A stretch of 64,000 nucleotides of DNA from an uncultured delta proteobacterium. GTDB taxonomy: Bacteria; Myxococcota_A; Polyangia; Polyangiales; Houyiibacteriaceae. Both the position numbers and the translations under genes were made by a program. The stretch is from assembly GCA_963699755.1 (NCBI GenBank), contig CAVOVB010000010.1, positions 128,001 to 192,000 of the forward strand. Reading direction: 5' to 3'. The notes below the pieces were generated by a model. It made no database searches and had not been told where the DNA came from. It saw only the letters and a list, made by a program, of their open reading frames with translations. This document shows positions 1-9,994 of this stretch, piece after piece (positions within the stretch are counted from its first letter, which is position 1; each line of letters starts with the position of its first letter).

Positions 1-759
1 TTTGAGCTCCTCCGGCGTTCCAAACCGCGAGGAGCAGGCGAAGTAGCTCGAGACCTGATAGCCGAACGAGGCGTAGTAAGGGTGCTCGGCAAGCGCCATG
101 ATTTGCACCGACCGGTAGCCCGCATCGCGGATTCGGGGCAGGACCGTGGTTCGAAACTCGTCATAGGTGCCGACCTTGGGCTCTGCCTGCGCCATGCCGA
201 TGTGGGCTTCGTAGACGAGCAGGGGGGCCGATGGGCGGGGCGGCCGCGCATGGCGCCATGCGTAGGGGTTCGGAGGGCGCCAAACCTGCGCATTGAAGCT
301 CCCCGCCTTCTCATCTCGGACGACCCGGCGGGTCCAGGCCGGCAGGCGGTCACCTCCCCCCCCTGGCCAGCGCACCTCGAGCCGATAAGGATCGCCGTGC
401 GTCAGCATCGACTCAGGAAGCTCGATCTCCCAGACGCCCTCGCTTCCTACGCGCGAAAGCGCGTACTTGGGATCTGGCTTCCAGTCGGAAAAAGGTCCCT
501 TCAAGTGAATGAAAATGGCATTCGGGGCCCATTCGCGAAGCACCCAACGGTCGTCCCTAAAGTGCAGGCCGAAGTACTCGTGCCCCGATGCAAACTCGGG
601 AAGGTCGAGGCGCCCATCCGTGATGCGAAGCCGGGTCTCCTCCGCATTCCGCACGCGACGCAAGAGGTCAGAGGCGTAGCGACCCAAGAGCCCATCCCGC
701 TCGATCATGCGGGCGACTCGTTGCTCGGGCGTCGGTGATTCGGTCGTCGCGTCGGTCAT
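1..759 (-). CDS. glgB: 1,4-alpha-glucan branching enzyme, GH13_8 (eukaryote/Bacteroidota-like); 3' part runs off the window start
   Basis: Manual minus-strand translation from ATG at 759 (absent from the ORF track because there is no stop in the window): ...GHEYFGLH...REWAPNA...YEAHIGMA...QIMALAEHPYYASFGYQVSSYFACSSRFGTPEELK. Confidence 0.9.
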   Translation of the reverse strand, partial: MTDATTESPTPEQRVARMIERDGLLGRYASDLLRRVRNAEETRLRITDGRLDLPEFASGHEYFGLHFRDDRWVLREWAPNAIFIHLKGPFSDWKPDPKYALSRVGSEGVWEIELPESMLTHGDPYRLEVRWPGGGGDRLPAWTRRVVRDEKAGSFNAQVWRPPNPYAWRHARPPRPSAPLLVYEAHIGMAQAEPKVGTYDEFRTTVLPRIRDAGYRSVQIMALAEHPYYASFGYQVSSYFACSSRFGTPEELK

Positions 760-780
760 ATGCGCTGGCCTGGCAGGCCC

Positions 781-1089
781 TCAGCCCTCCAGCATTTCCT
801 TGGCGTTCAAGCGAGAGGAATGGAGATCCCGACTCATGCGGCCCACGGTCAGGTGCTCGGAGAGCTTTCCGAGCACTGCACCCGGAAGTATGTGCTCGAC
901 GTCAATCGTCCGCTTGGTGCCCACCAACGCGAGGGTCCACTCGCATGGCTGTCCCTCCCCGGCACCGATCACGTTGCGAACTTCGACCAGACCCGCGAGC
1001 CAGTCCGGCATCGCGCTGAGCTCGCCCACGTACGCGAAAACCTCGCTCGCCGGTGCGCGGATCACGATGCTGTCCTCATGAGAGATCAT
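781..1089 (-). pseudogene. SRPBCC/polyketide cyclase-like protein, probably internally deleted (102 aa)
   Basis: The N-terminus (MISHEDSIVIRAPASEVFAYV...PDW) and C-terminus (GTKRTIDVEH.LPG.VLGKL...NAKEMLEG) are typical of SRPBCC, but the central beta-strands appear to be missing (junction near 920). Confidence 0.55.
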
Positions 1090-1276
1090 CCAAGCCGACT
1101 GTTTCACATAAATCGAAACGGTCAACGCAACTTCAGAGTGAACGCAAGCCTCCGCAGTCTCCAAGCGTTGGAGGTCCACGGAATTCGATGACGAGAAACG
1201 GGATGCTCCATGGCCGAGACCTGCCTATGCATGTCTAGCAGACACAAGGAGGCGTCTCATCGGAGACTACGGCGTC

Positions 1277-1990
1277 ATGCCCCATCGAGCTGCGGCAACT
1301 ACATTCGAGAACGACGATTCCCGCTGGGAAGCGGTCACGGAACGCAACGCCCGCGCCGATGGCGCGTTCTTCTACGCGGTGCACACGACAGGAATCTTCT
1401 GCCGACCCTCCTGCGGCGCTCGAGCGCCCTTCCGTAAGAACGTCTCCTTCTAGAGGAAGCCATCTGAAGCGAGGTTGGCAGGCTTCCGGGCCTGCAAGCG
1501 ATGCACGCCGGAGTCGACAACCCTGCGCCAACGCCAGCAAGCGCTCGTCATCGATGCCTGCCGGCGGATCGAGCTAGCGGAGCGAGAGCCGACTCTCAAC
1601 GAGCTTGCCGATGCGGGCGGCACGAGTCCCTCCCATTTCAACCGACTCTTCAAGCGCATCGTCGGAGTCACCCCGAAGCAACACGCGCTTGCCGATCGTT
1701 CATGCGTTGCGGCGAAAAACCTCACGACCAACAAGAGCGTCGCCTCGGCGATTTACCAGTCCGGCTATGGCGCATCGAGTCGGTTCTACGAGTCGGCACA
1801 ATCTTCCACTCGACGTGCATGGCACTGCTTTTCAAGAGCTCGTTTGGCGCACCCTGCGCAGCATCCCAGAGGGGGAGACCGTATCGTACGCAGAGCTGGC
1901 CGTGCGGATCGGGCGCCCCAAGTCGGCCAGAGCGGTGGCCCAGGCCTGCGCAGCGAAAGCGGGAGCTGCTCGTACGCGAATCCAAAAAAG
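1277..1990 (+). pseudogene. ada: Ada bifunctional regulator/methylated-DNA methyltransferase, pseudogene
   Basis: Zn domain TTGIFCRPSC...GFRACKRC with an in-frame TAG at 1451-1453; AraC HTH SPSHFNRLFKRIVGVTPK; frame jump near 1800 into LPLDVHGTAFQ..VW..L..IP.GET.SY; second jump near 1955 to the C-terminal RKRELLVRE. The PCHR active site is absent. Confidence 0.9.
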
Positions 1991-2225
1991 TGAAACGGCA
2001 AGGTCGCGTTCAGCCGAGAAAGGATCGAGCGTGCCTAGGTCGCCTTCGGTGCGGGTCGCCGGCGCAAAGAAGCGCGGAGCGCCCAATCGGCCGCGGCTCG
2101 AACCGCGATGCGAGTCCGCAACTCATCACTGCGCCTCTCCAGAAAGGGGAGTTGTGCACCCGCGGCGCGAGCGCTAGGACAGCTCGTGGGCCTGGCTGCC
2201 CAAATTCGCAATCCTTGCTTCTACG

Positions 2226-3362
2226 ATGAATCGCAACAAGAAACCCGTCCTCCTGGCTGTAGGCGCGATCCTGGTCATCGTCTTGGTCCTCGGTGGCGTG
2301 AAAGCGGCCCAGATCGGCGCCATGATCGCCGCGGGCAAAGCGTTCGTGCCGCCGGTTCAGGCCGTCACCACCGCCGAGGTGCTCGAGGTGAGCTGGAAGC
2401 CGGAGCTGACGGCAGTGGGCTCCGTCGTTGCAGTGCAAGGGGTGACCGTGGCCAGCGAGGTTCCCGGGACGATCACCGAGATAGCCTTCAAGTCGGGGCA
2501 AATGGTCGAAAACGGCGACCTTCTAGTGCGTCTCGATACTTCGATCGAGCGAGCGCAGCTGGCCTCCGCGCTGGCGAGCGCCAAGCTGGCCAATCTAGAC
2601 TACCAACGGAAGAAGAATCTGCCTCCTGCCGGCGCCGTCAGCGCGGCCGACATCGACGCCGCCGCCGCGAAGGCTACCCAGGCCGCCGCGGACGTCGCCA
2701 ACTTCAAAGCCGTGATCGCGAGAAAGACGATCCGCGCGCCCTTCTCGGGTCGCGTCGGGATACGCCGCGTGGATCTCGGGGAGGTTCTGCAACCCGGGAC
2801 GCCGATCGTCTCGCTCCAGTCCTCCGATCCGATCTACGTCGACTTCTCGCTGCCGCAGCAAGCGCTCTCGTTGATCGAGCCGGGGAACACGGCGACCATC
2901 ACGACCGATGCCTTCCCTGGAACGACCTGGGAAGGCAAGGTCGAGGTGGTCGACACCGAGGTCGACATCGGCACCCGTAACTTCGCGGTACGGGCCTTGG
3001 TCGAGAATCCCGAAGGGAAGCTCCGCACCGGGATGTTCGTAGATATCCGGGTCGTCCAGCCCGAGGCGCGCGAATTGCTCGCCATTCCCGCGAGCGCCGT
3101 CTTGTTCGCGCCCTACGGCGACTCGGTCTACGTCATCAAGGAACAGGAGAGTGAGTCTGGCGAGAAGCAGCAGATCGCCGAGCAGGCATTCGTGCGCCTC
3201 GGGGAGCGCCGCGGGGACTTGGTCGCCGCCAGCTCCGGGCTCGCAGCCGGGGACGTGGTCGTCTCGACGGGCGCGTTCAAGCTCCAGAGCGGAATGGCAG
3301 TCACCATCCGCAACGATCTTGCGCCCGAGGTCAACACCGACCCGAATCCGCCCAACGAGTAG
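2226..3362 (+). CDS. RND efflux periplasmic adaptor (MexH/AcrA-like)
   Basis: N-terminal TM anchor, lipoyl-like halves (EVPGTI...V..GD.LV.LD; IRAPFSG) and LRTGMF; lies directly upstream of an RND permease. Confidence 0.93.
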   Translation: MNRNKKPVLLAVGAILVIVLVLGGVKAAQIGAMIAAGKAFVPPVQAVTTAEVLEVSWKPELTAVGSVVAVQGVTVASEVPGTITEIAFKSGQMVENGDLLVRLDTSIERAQLASALASAKLANLDYQRKKNLPPAGAVSAADIDAAAAKATQAAADVANFKAVIARKTIRAPFSGRVGIRRVDLGEVLQPGTPIVSLQSSDPIYVDFSLPQQALSLIEPGNTATITTDAFPGTTWEGKVEVVDTEVDIGTRNFAVRALVENPEGKLRTGMFVDIRVVQPEARELLAIPASAVLFAPYGDSVYVIKEQESESGEKQQIAEQAFVRLGERRGDLVAASSGLAAGDVVVSTGAFKLQSGMAVTIRNDLAPEVNTDPNPPNE

Positions 3363-3380
3363 TCGCGCCCGGGAAGCAAC

Positions 3381-6300
3381 GTGAAGATCACCGACCTGTT
3401 CATCCGCCGCCCTGTCATCGCGATAGTCGTGAATCTCGTGATCGTCATCGCAGGTCTGCAGGCCATTCGCACGCTCACGGTTCGGCAGTATCCACGCAGC
3501 GAAAATGCGGCCATCACGATCACGACGGCCTACGTGGGAGCCAACGCCGAGCTCGTACGCGGCTTCATCACGACCCCGATTGAAAGGGCCATCGCCGCCG
3601 CGGATGGCATCGACTACATCTCGTCGGAAAGCCGTCAGGGCGTGTCGATCATTCGCGCCAACCTGGACCTCAACTATGACGCGGTTCGAGCGCTTTCCGA
3701 GATCGGTGCCAAGGTCGACCAGGTGAGAGGGGACCTGCCGCCAGAGGCCGAGATTCCGGTCCTCGACGTCGTGTCGGTCGACAGCCAGTTCGCCTCCGCG
3801 TACCTCAGCTTCTCCTCGGATTTCCTACAGCAGAACGAGATCACCGACTACCTGGTTCGAGCCATTCAGCCGCGGCTCTCTGCTGTCGAAGGTGTGCAGC
3901 GCGCCGAGATCCTGGGCGCTCGTACCTTCGCCATGAGAATCTGGCTCAAACCGGAGCGGATGGCGGCTCACAAGGTCGGTCCTGCACAGGTGCGAGTCGC
4001 GCTCGCAGCCAACAACTACCTCGCTGCGGTCGGCCAGACCAAAGGCTCCCTCATCCAGGTCAACCTCACGACCAACACCGACCTCGAATCCGTAGAGGAA
4101 TTCAAGCGCCTCGTGGTTCGCGAACAAGATGGCGTCATCGTTCGCTTGGAGGACATCGCCGAGGTGGCCCTCGGCGCCGTGAGCTACGACGACCAGGTCA
4201 ACTTCACGGGTGCGACGGCGGTTTTCATCGGCGTCTGGGTTCTGCCCAACAGCAACGCCCTCGATGTCATCAAACGGGTGCGTACCGAGCTGGAAGCAAT
4301 TCAGCAAGAGCTTCCCGAACAGCTTCGCGCGGAGATCGCGTACGACGCGACCAAGTACATCGACAGCGCGATCCGCGAGGTCATCACGACCTTGAGCGAG
4401 ACGCTGGCGATCGTCGTCGTCGTCATCTTCCTCTTCCTGGGGTCTTTCCGGGCCGTGATCGTGCCGGTGGTCGCCATCCCCATTTCGCTCATTGGCGCCG
4501 TGTTCCTGATGCAGCTCTTCGGCTTCACGATCAATTTGCTGACCCTCCTCGCGATCGTCTTGTCGGTCGGCTTGGTCGTCGACGATGCGATCGTCATGGT
4601 CGAGAACATCGAGCGGCATCTCCGCGAAGGGATGACCCGAATGGAATCCGCTCTCAGGGGAGCGCGGGAGCTCGTTGGACCCGTCATCGCAATGACGATC
4701 ACGCTGGCTGCGGTCTACACACCGATCGCGTTCCAAGGGGGATTGACCGGCGCGCTCTTCAGAGAGTTCGCCCTCACCCTCGCCGGAGCCGTGCTGATCT
4801 CCGGTATCGTGGCCATCACGCTTTCCCCGGTGATGTCCGCCAGCTTTCTGCCCGACCAGAAGAACCAGCGCGGGCTCCCCGCGCGCATCGATCGTGACTT
4901 TGCTCGCCTGAAGGACGTTTACGTGCGTGTCCTCAATGTCACGCTCAAGGCCCGCCCAGCGATCTATCTGGCCTGGGTGGTGCTCAGCGGGCTGGCCGCG
5001 GTCTTGTTCGTGATGTCGCCCCGCGAGCTCGCGCCCAACGAGGACCAGGGCATCATCTTCGGAATCGTGAATACGCCAGCGAACTCGACACTCGGTCAAC
5101 TCGCCCCATCGGTCGAGGCGGTGAACGAGATGGCGATGAGCTACCCGGAAACCGAGTTCACGTTTCAGATCACGACGCCGGGCGGTGGCTTCTGGGGAAT
5201 GGGACTCAAGCCCTGGGACGAGCGCAAGCGGACGGCGTTCGACCTGATGCCCTTGGTGGGCGCGGAGGTCAATGAGATCCCTGGGATCCAAACCTTTCCC
5301 GTCTTGCCGCCCGCGCTTCCTGGCGGCGGCGAGTTCCCGGTGGAGTTCGTCGTCGCCTCGACGGCGGAGCCGAGTGACATCCTGCAATTCGTGCAGCAGC
5401 TTCAACAGAAAGCCGCGATGAGCGGGATGTTTGCATTCCCGCCGCTCATCGACGTGAAGATCGATCAGCCGGAATCGCAGATCACGTTCGATCGGGACAA
5501 GGTGGCCGAGCTCGGCCTGAGTCTGCAGGCGGTGGGCCAGGAGCTGGGTTCAGCGGTGGGCGGCAACTACGTCAACCGATTCAGCATCTCGGGCCGGAGC
5601 TACAAGGTCATTCCGCAGCTCGAACGGGCGGCGCGTCTCAACGCTGACCAGATACAAAACGTGTATGTCACCAAGCCAGACGGCAACCTGGTCGCTCTCA
5701 GCACCTTTGCCACGGTCCAAGACCGCGTCGTTCCGCGCTCGCTCAATCGCTTTCAGCAGCTGAACTCGGTCAAGTTGAGCGGTGTCGCGATTCGCCCGCT
5801 CGATGAGGCCCTCTCGTTCTTGGAAACCGAAGCCCGGTCCATCTTGCCGCGTGGGTACAGCGTAGATTATACGGGCGAGTCGCGTCAGCTTCGCAAAGAA
5901 GGCAACAAGTTCGTCCCCGCGTTTGCTCTCGCGGTGGTCCTGATCTTCTTGGTGCTCGCCGCCCAGTTCAATAGCTTTCGCGATCCATTGGTCATCTTGG
6001 GCGGCTCCGTGCCCCTTGCCATGTTCGGCGCTTCGATTTTCACGTTCTTGAGGATGCCCGACCCGAACATGCACTTCTGGACCGACGGCTGGACCACCAC
6101 GCTGAACGTCTATTCGCAGGTCGGACTGGTCACCCTCATCGGCCTGGTCTCGAAGAACGGGATTCTCATCGTGGAGTTTGCCAACGAGCTTCAGCGAGAG
6201 GGGCAAGCGAAGCTCGACGCGGTTCGAAACGCCGCCGCAGTCCGCTTACGCCCGATCCTGATGACCACCACGGCAACCGTCTTGGGTCACTTCCCGCTCA

Positions 6301-6449
6301 CCTTGGTCACCGGTCCAGGCGCTGAGGCCCGCAACAGCATCGGCCTCGTCCTCGTGGGCGGCATGGCGATCGGTACGATCTTCACCCTCTTTTTCGTGCC
6401 CTCGATCTACATGCTCTTCGCTCGCGATCGCAGCGCGAGCGTTGCCTAG
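3381..6449 (+). CDS. RND efflux permease, HAE-1 (MexI/AcrB-like)
   Basis: 1022 aa; FIRRPV start, GLVVDDAIVMVEN in TM4, KNGILIVEFA, RLRPILMTT. Confidence 0.96.
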   Translation: MKITDLFIRRPVIAIVVNLVIVIAGLQAIRTLTVRQYPRSENAAITITTAYVGANAELVRGFITTPIERAIAAADGIDYISSESRQGVSIIRANLDLNYDAVRALSEIGAKVDQVRGDLPPEAEIPVLDVVSVDSQFASAYLSFSSDFLQQNEITDYLVRAIQPRLSAVEGVQRAEILGARTFAMRIWLKPERMAAHKVGPAQVRVALAANNYLAAVGQTKGSLIQVNLTTNTDLESVEEFKRLVVREQDGVIVRLEDIAEVALGAVSYDDQVNFTGATAVFIGVWVLPNSNALDVIKRVRTELEAIQQELPEQLRAEIAYDATKYIDSAIREVITTLSETLAIVVVVIFLFLGSFRAVIVPVVAIPISLIGAVFLMQLFGFTINLLTLLAIVLSVGLVVDDAIVMVENIERHLREGMTRMESALRGARELVGPVIAMTITLAAVYTPIAFQGGLTGALFREFALTLAGAVLISGIVAITLSPVMSASFLPDQKNQRGLPARIDRDFARLKDVYVRVLNVTLKARPAIYLAWVVLSGLAAVLFVMSPRELAPNEDQGIIFGIVNTPANSTLGQLAPSVEAVNEMAMSYPETEFTFQITTPGGGFWGMGLKPWDERKRTAFDLMPLVGAEVNEIPGIQTFPVLPPALPGGGEFPVEFVVASTAEPSDILQFVQQLQQKAAMSGMFAFPPLIDVKIDQPESQITFDRDKVAELGLSLQAVGQELGSAVGGNYVNRFSISGRSYKVIPQLERAARLNADQIQNVYVTKPDGNLVALSTFATVQDRVVPRSLNRFQQLNSVKLSGVAIRPLDEALSFLETEARSILPRGYSVDYTGESRQLRKEGNKFVPAFALAVVLIFLVLAAQFNSFRDPLVILGGSVPLAMFGASIFTFLRMPDPNMHFWTDGWTTTLNVYSQVGLVTLIGLVSKNGILIVEFANELQREGQAKLDAVRNAAAVRLRPILMTTTATVLGHFPLTLVTGPGAEARNSIGLVLVGGMAIGTIFTLFFVPSIYMLFARDRSASVA

Positions 6450-6523
6450 CCGGACCAATGGCACCCCTCGAGGAGCGTCACAGGAACTTCGGAGGTCAGA
6501 TGACGCCGAGGCGCCCGGGGCGC

Positions 6524-7243
6524 TCACCGGACCTCCGAGATCTCCCCCGGTCGCCAAGCCTTGGTAGACCAGGACTCTAGCGGGCCGTAAAGTCGCAAAA
6601 GCGTGAACCAGCCCTTGCGAGGCACGGTCTGGATCCAGTTGCTTTCGTGCGTCGTCATCGTGCCGAGCTAGAAGAACGGCGCCGCGCATCGAGCAAGCGC
6701 ACGCCTCTGCGTTCGAATCGATGACTACCGCCGACGAACGGCGTGTGCCAGCCCGAACCCTCGTATCGATACGCTGCCGCGTCGCGATGACGAAACCCGA
6801 TCGCGTGCGGTCTCATTGGCCGCCGAGGCCGCATCGGTCAGAGTCCGGCGCATGCGCTGCTCCGGCGCGAACGGGTTCCCTTTCTCGCTCCCGATCGAAG
6901 CGAGCAGACCCAGGCGCCCGGGGGCCCATCGCTTCGGGTGGCTCCGCTTGATCTCCTCGACCGCTCGGGGAGGGTCGCTCTGCTCGACGAAGCCGAGCGT
7001 GTTCGCCGGCTCTCTACGATGACCGCGCCATCGCTGAGGTCGAGCCAGGTTCCGAAGTAGATGCTCTCGGTATTGGGCGTGAGCAACAGCGAGTGCAAAT
7101 CCATCAATCCGCCATAGATCCCCACGACGTCGTTGGCATCGATCCCCGCATCGCGAAAACCCCTCCGCATGGCGACCATCGACGCCCCCGACAGCGTCGT
7201 CACAAAGGTATCGACCCCCCGGACGAAATCGAGGCGGTCGTAG
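6524..7243 (-). pseudogene. DUF1254/DUF1214 protein remnant with several internal deletions
   Basis: Ordered fragments in shifting frames: YDRLDFVRGV...SLLLTPNTESIY...LDLSDG...; LGLLASIG.EKG.PFAP; GWHTPFVGGS...LDAR..FF*(TAG at 6668-6670); NWIQTVPRKGWFTLLRLYGPLE.W..K.WRPGEI, stop at 6524. Confidence 0.8.
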
Positions 7244-7467
7244 AGACCTCCTTCGAAAAGGACGACCCCCGCCGCAAGGGAGATGAAAGGGAACGTGACC
7301 TGACCCAGAACCTCTTCGGGTCGGAACCACCCGGTGACCGGTCCGGCGATGAGGACGCGCGTCAGGAGCACGAGAATCGATGGTATGCGCCTATACCATG
7401 CGAGCCGCTGGTCTCCGGCGCCTAGCCCGATGAGGACGATTATGCCTTTGATAATCTCATGGTTCAT
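7244..7467 (-). pseudogene. CPA1/NhaP-type cation:proton antiporter N-terminal fragment, fused in frame to the DUF1254 remnant
   Basis: ...LAWYRRIPSILVLL...GPVTGW..PEEVLG....PFISLAAGVVLFEGGL is a typical NhaP N-terminus; the sequence then switches to DUF1254. Confidence 0.7.
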
Positions 7468-7520
7468 GCTCTCGCAGACCCAGTCTTTGTATTCAGCCGT
7501 CCGCGGACTATAACCCGCTT

Positions 7521-7787
7521 GTGGATCCGATCGTCCCAGAGGAAATCGATCTTGAAAAGCTGCGTTCGCGGCTTGCGGACGAGTTTGGCGATGCGCCTCC
7601 CACCGGATACATCCGCGGAAAGACCGCGCTACGGGCCGCGGTGGTGCGAGATCTCGACTGCTCCGAGCTCGAAGCCGAACAGCTCGTCGAGACGCTCGAG
7701 TCACGTGGCTTCATTCGATACCATGGACATAAGAGCAACACGGTCGACGACCTCGAGCACCGCTGGGCCCTGACGCCCAACGCCTGA
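7521..7787 (+). CDS. Small hypothetical protein (88 aa), possibly winged-helix-like
   Basis: Clean ORF with natural composition (PPTGYIRGKTALRAAVVRDLDCSELEAEQLVETLESRGFIRY); resembles short myxobacterial hypothetical proteins (from recall, not searched). Confidence 0.7.
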   Translation: MDPIVPEEIDLEKLRSRLADEFGDAPPTGYIRGKTALRAAVVRDLDCSELEAEQLVETLESRGFIRYHGHKSNTVDDLEHRWALTPNA

Positions 7788-7801
7788 TCCATCGACAAGC
7801 G

Positions 7802-8331
7802 TCAGCGGCTCAGCTCGTAGAGCGAAATCGTGATCTCGGCTAAGATGAGCACGACGATGTACCATTCCATCCGAAGGGTTTGCGTGTGCTGCCGCAGCTC
7901 GAGGACGACGCGTGTGGCCTGCTCCGCAACCGCAAGCTTGGGCTCCAGTGCGCGCTGGCGGGCGACCAACTCGAGCTCGTCTTCCACGCGTGCGCACAGC
8001 GGGTCGAGCTGAGGATGGTCCCACAGCACTTCCCGCTTTTCGGCCACCTCCAGTCGGTCGCCGGGTCATCGAAACGACGCCGGAGCAGCGCGTCGACCTC
8101 CTGAATGAAGCGTGCGCGCTCCTCGGGGCTCACTTGAACGAACACCAGCACGCCATAGCGAAAGATCAAGCACAATCCACCTTCGCCGGCCTGCGCCACC
8201 AATGGAGCGGAGGCCAATGGCGGCGCGTCGAAAGACCTGCTCTCGATGCGTTCGGCGAACTAGAGCCCATGCAAGACGATGTCGCCGCCCTCCTCGGCTA
8301 TCTGTTGAAGACGCTGAACTCGGGTGACCAC
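7802..8331 (-). pseudogene. RMD1/DUF155 family protein, pseudogene
   Basis: N-part GL*FAERI...LIFRYGVLVF (TAG at 8260-8262); deletion/frameshift near 8055 into the C-part EVAEK.EVLWDHPQL...EDELEL..R..ALE.KL...LRMEWYIVVLILAEI. Confidence 0.8.
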
Positions 8332-8698
8332 GCCCGTCGCATAGCACCGCGATCTTTCAGGAGCCCAACGGGCCTCTGGGGCGATGCGTCGATGTCGGTT
8401 CAACTCAGTCGACGTATCCGAAAGCGACCTCCTCGAGTCCGTCGCTGCCGGTGAAGAACGTCACTCCAGGTGCCATCACCAAAGTGCCACACTTGGCGCG
8501 GCATCCGTTCCCGGTTCCGGACCGGCCATCCATCTGATGTCATCGAGCGAATAGGCCGGATATCCGAGCGCCAGCTTTTGCACCGGGCAGGACCAAGAAG
8601 AGCGCCGGAAAACTAGAATTTGCGATATCTAACATCTGGCGGATCGACAATTGGCGCCACGGCCCCAGACCGAAGGCCCAGCCGCCCGGGAGAGTCCA

Positions 8699-9994
8699 AT
8701 GGATCGTGCAAGCACCACCCGAATCACGCTGCCTCAGTGCCGATGGCTCGCCTGTCTCGGCCTCTGCGCCGCTCAGGCTCTGGTGGGGCAGAGGGCCCGC
8801 GCACAGGAGGTCACCTTTGACGAGGCATTGGCGCTGAGCGCGCAGACGCCGGAGGTCCTCGGCGCCAAGGGCGAGCTGAGTGTCCGCGAGGCGGCGGACG
8901 AGGGCATCGGGGGGACGGCGGGGCCAACCAGCCTGACCTTCATGCCGGGCGCGCTGGTCGCGCCGCGCCAAGCCAATGCCTTCGAGCTGCAGACCAACAT
9001 TACCCAGGGCTGGAATCTCGGCGGTTTGGGAAAAGCTCGCCGGGAGTCCGCAGTGCAGGAGCGTGAAGCGCTCGACGCCGCAGTGCGCGCGAAGGCGTTG
9101 CGTGCGCGCCTCGAGGCCGCCCGGCGTTGGATCGACCTGGCTACGCTCGAGCGAATTCAAGAGACCATCGAGCAGCGAATCAAAGCCACGGAGAAGCTGG
9201 TCGCGCAACGAGAGCGAGCGCTCGAGACTGGTGTGGGTACGGCACAGGCTCTAGCCGAGTCGCGCGCAGCTCTGGCCGAGCTTCGCCAGATGCGCGTCAA
9301 CGTCGAAGGAGACCAGGTTAGCGCTTCGTCACAGCTTGCTCTTGCCATGGGCCGTGCGCCCGGAGCCAAGCGGTTACGGGCTGTAGGTGAGCTCCCCGGC
9401 CCGCCATTGCCCAGTGAGGCGGAGATCCGAAGCCGACTCGACTCTGTGGACACCGTGCCTGACGTGGTGGTCGAGCGCCTCCGGGAAATCGCGGCGCGCG
9501 CGCGGGCAGTGGAGGCCTCCGCGCTATACGCACCGGTGATAGACTTCGGCGCCCAAGCTGAGCGCGCTGCCGTCGGGAGTCGTGGAGCCTGGGTCGTATA
9601 CGGCATGACCGGAGTGACCTTCCACGGCTTTGGACAGAATCAGCGGGCAGTGTCCCTAGCCGAAGCGGATGCCGCGATCGCGAGCGCGAATATCGCCAGT
9701 GCAAGGTTGCGCGCTCGTGCCGAAATTGAGCAGGCACTACACGAGCTCGCTCACTCCTCTGCGATCGTGAACCTCTTAGAGACCCAAACGATACCCGCGC
9801 TTCAGACGCTGGTCGCCACTAGGGCGCGTGCAGTCGAGCTCGGAGAAGAATCGAGCTTCGCGCTGAGCGAAGCCCGTGGCCGAGAGCTTGCCACCATCGA
9901 AGTGGCCTATCGAGGCTATGGCGCGCAAAGTTGGGCTCGCGTCCACGTCTGGCTCTTGCTCGCAGAGCTGGCCGGCGCGGAGGAGGACCGATGA
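8699..9994 (+). CDS. czcC: Outer membrane factor, TolC/CzcC-like
   Basis: Signal peptide ending ARA-QE, long amphipathic helices, first gene of an OMF-MFP-RND operon with ATGA/GTGA overlaps. Confidence 0.75.
   Translation: MDRASTTRITLPQCRWLACLGLCAAQALVGQRARAQEVTFDEALALSAQTPEVLGAKGELSVREAADEGIGGTAGPTSLTFMPGALVAPRQANAFELQTNITQGWNLGGLGKARRESAVQEREALDAAVRAKALRARLEAARRWIDLATLERIQETIEQRIKATEKLVAQRERALETGVGTAQALAESRAALAELRQMRVNVEGDQVSASSQLALAMGRAPGAKRLRAVGELPGPPLPSEAEIRSRLDSVDTVPDVVVERLREIAARARAVEASALYAPVIDFGAQAERAAVGSRGAWVVYGMTGVTFHGFGQNQRAVSLAEADAAIASANIASARLRARAEIEQALHELAHSSAIVNLLETQTIPALQTLVATRARAVELGEESSFALSEARGRELATIEVAYRGYGAQSWARVHVWLLLAELAGAEEDR

Noticed and set aside
3825..5405. Long antisense and alternative-frame ORFs (also 16813..17724, 17987..19273, 25258..26442, 32028..33818, 34700..36469, 46716..48149)
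   Set aside because: They are shadow ORFs of well-supported genes in GC-rich DNA and carry no recognisable motifs.
6490..6537. Inverted repeat CGGAGGTC...GACCTCCG after the RND permease as a terminator
   Set aside because: The loop is long, there is no U-tract, and one arm lies inside the DUF1214 remnant, so it may be chance.
8383..8554. Short His-containing ORF upstream of czcC (CzcI-like leader?)
   Set aside because: About 56 aa with no clear RBS or family motif; not supportable from sequence alone.
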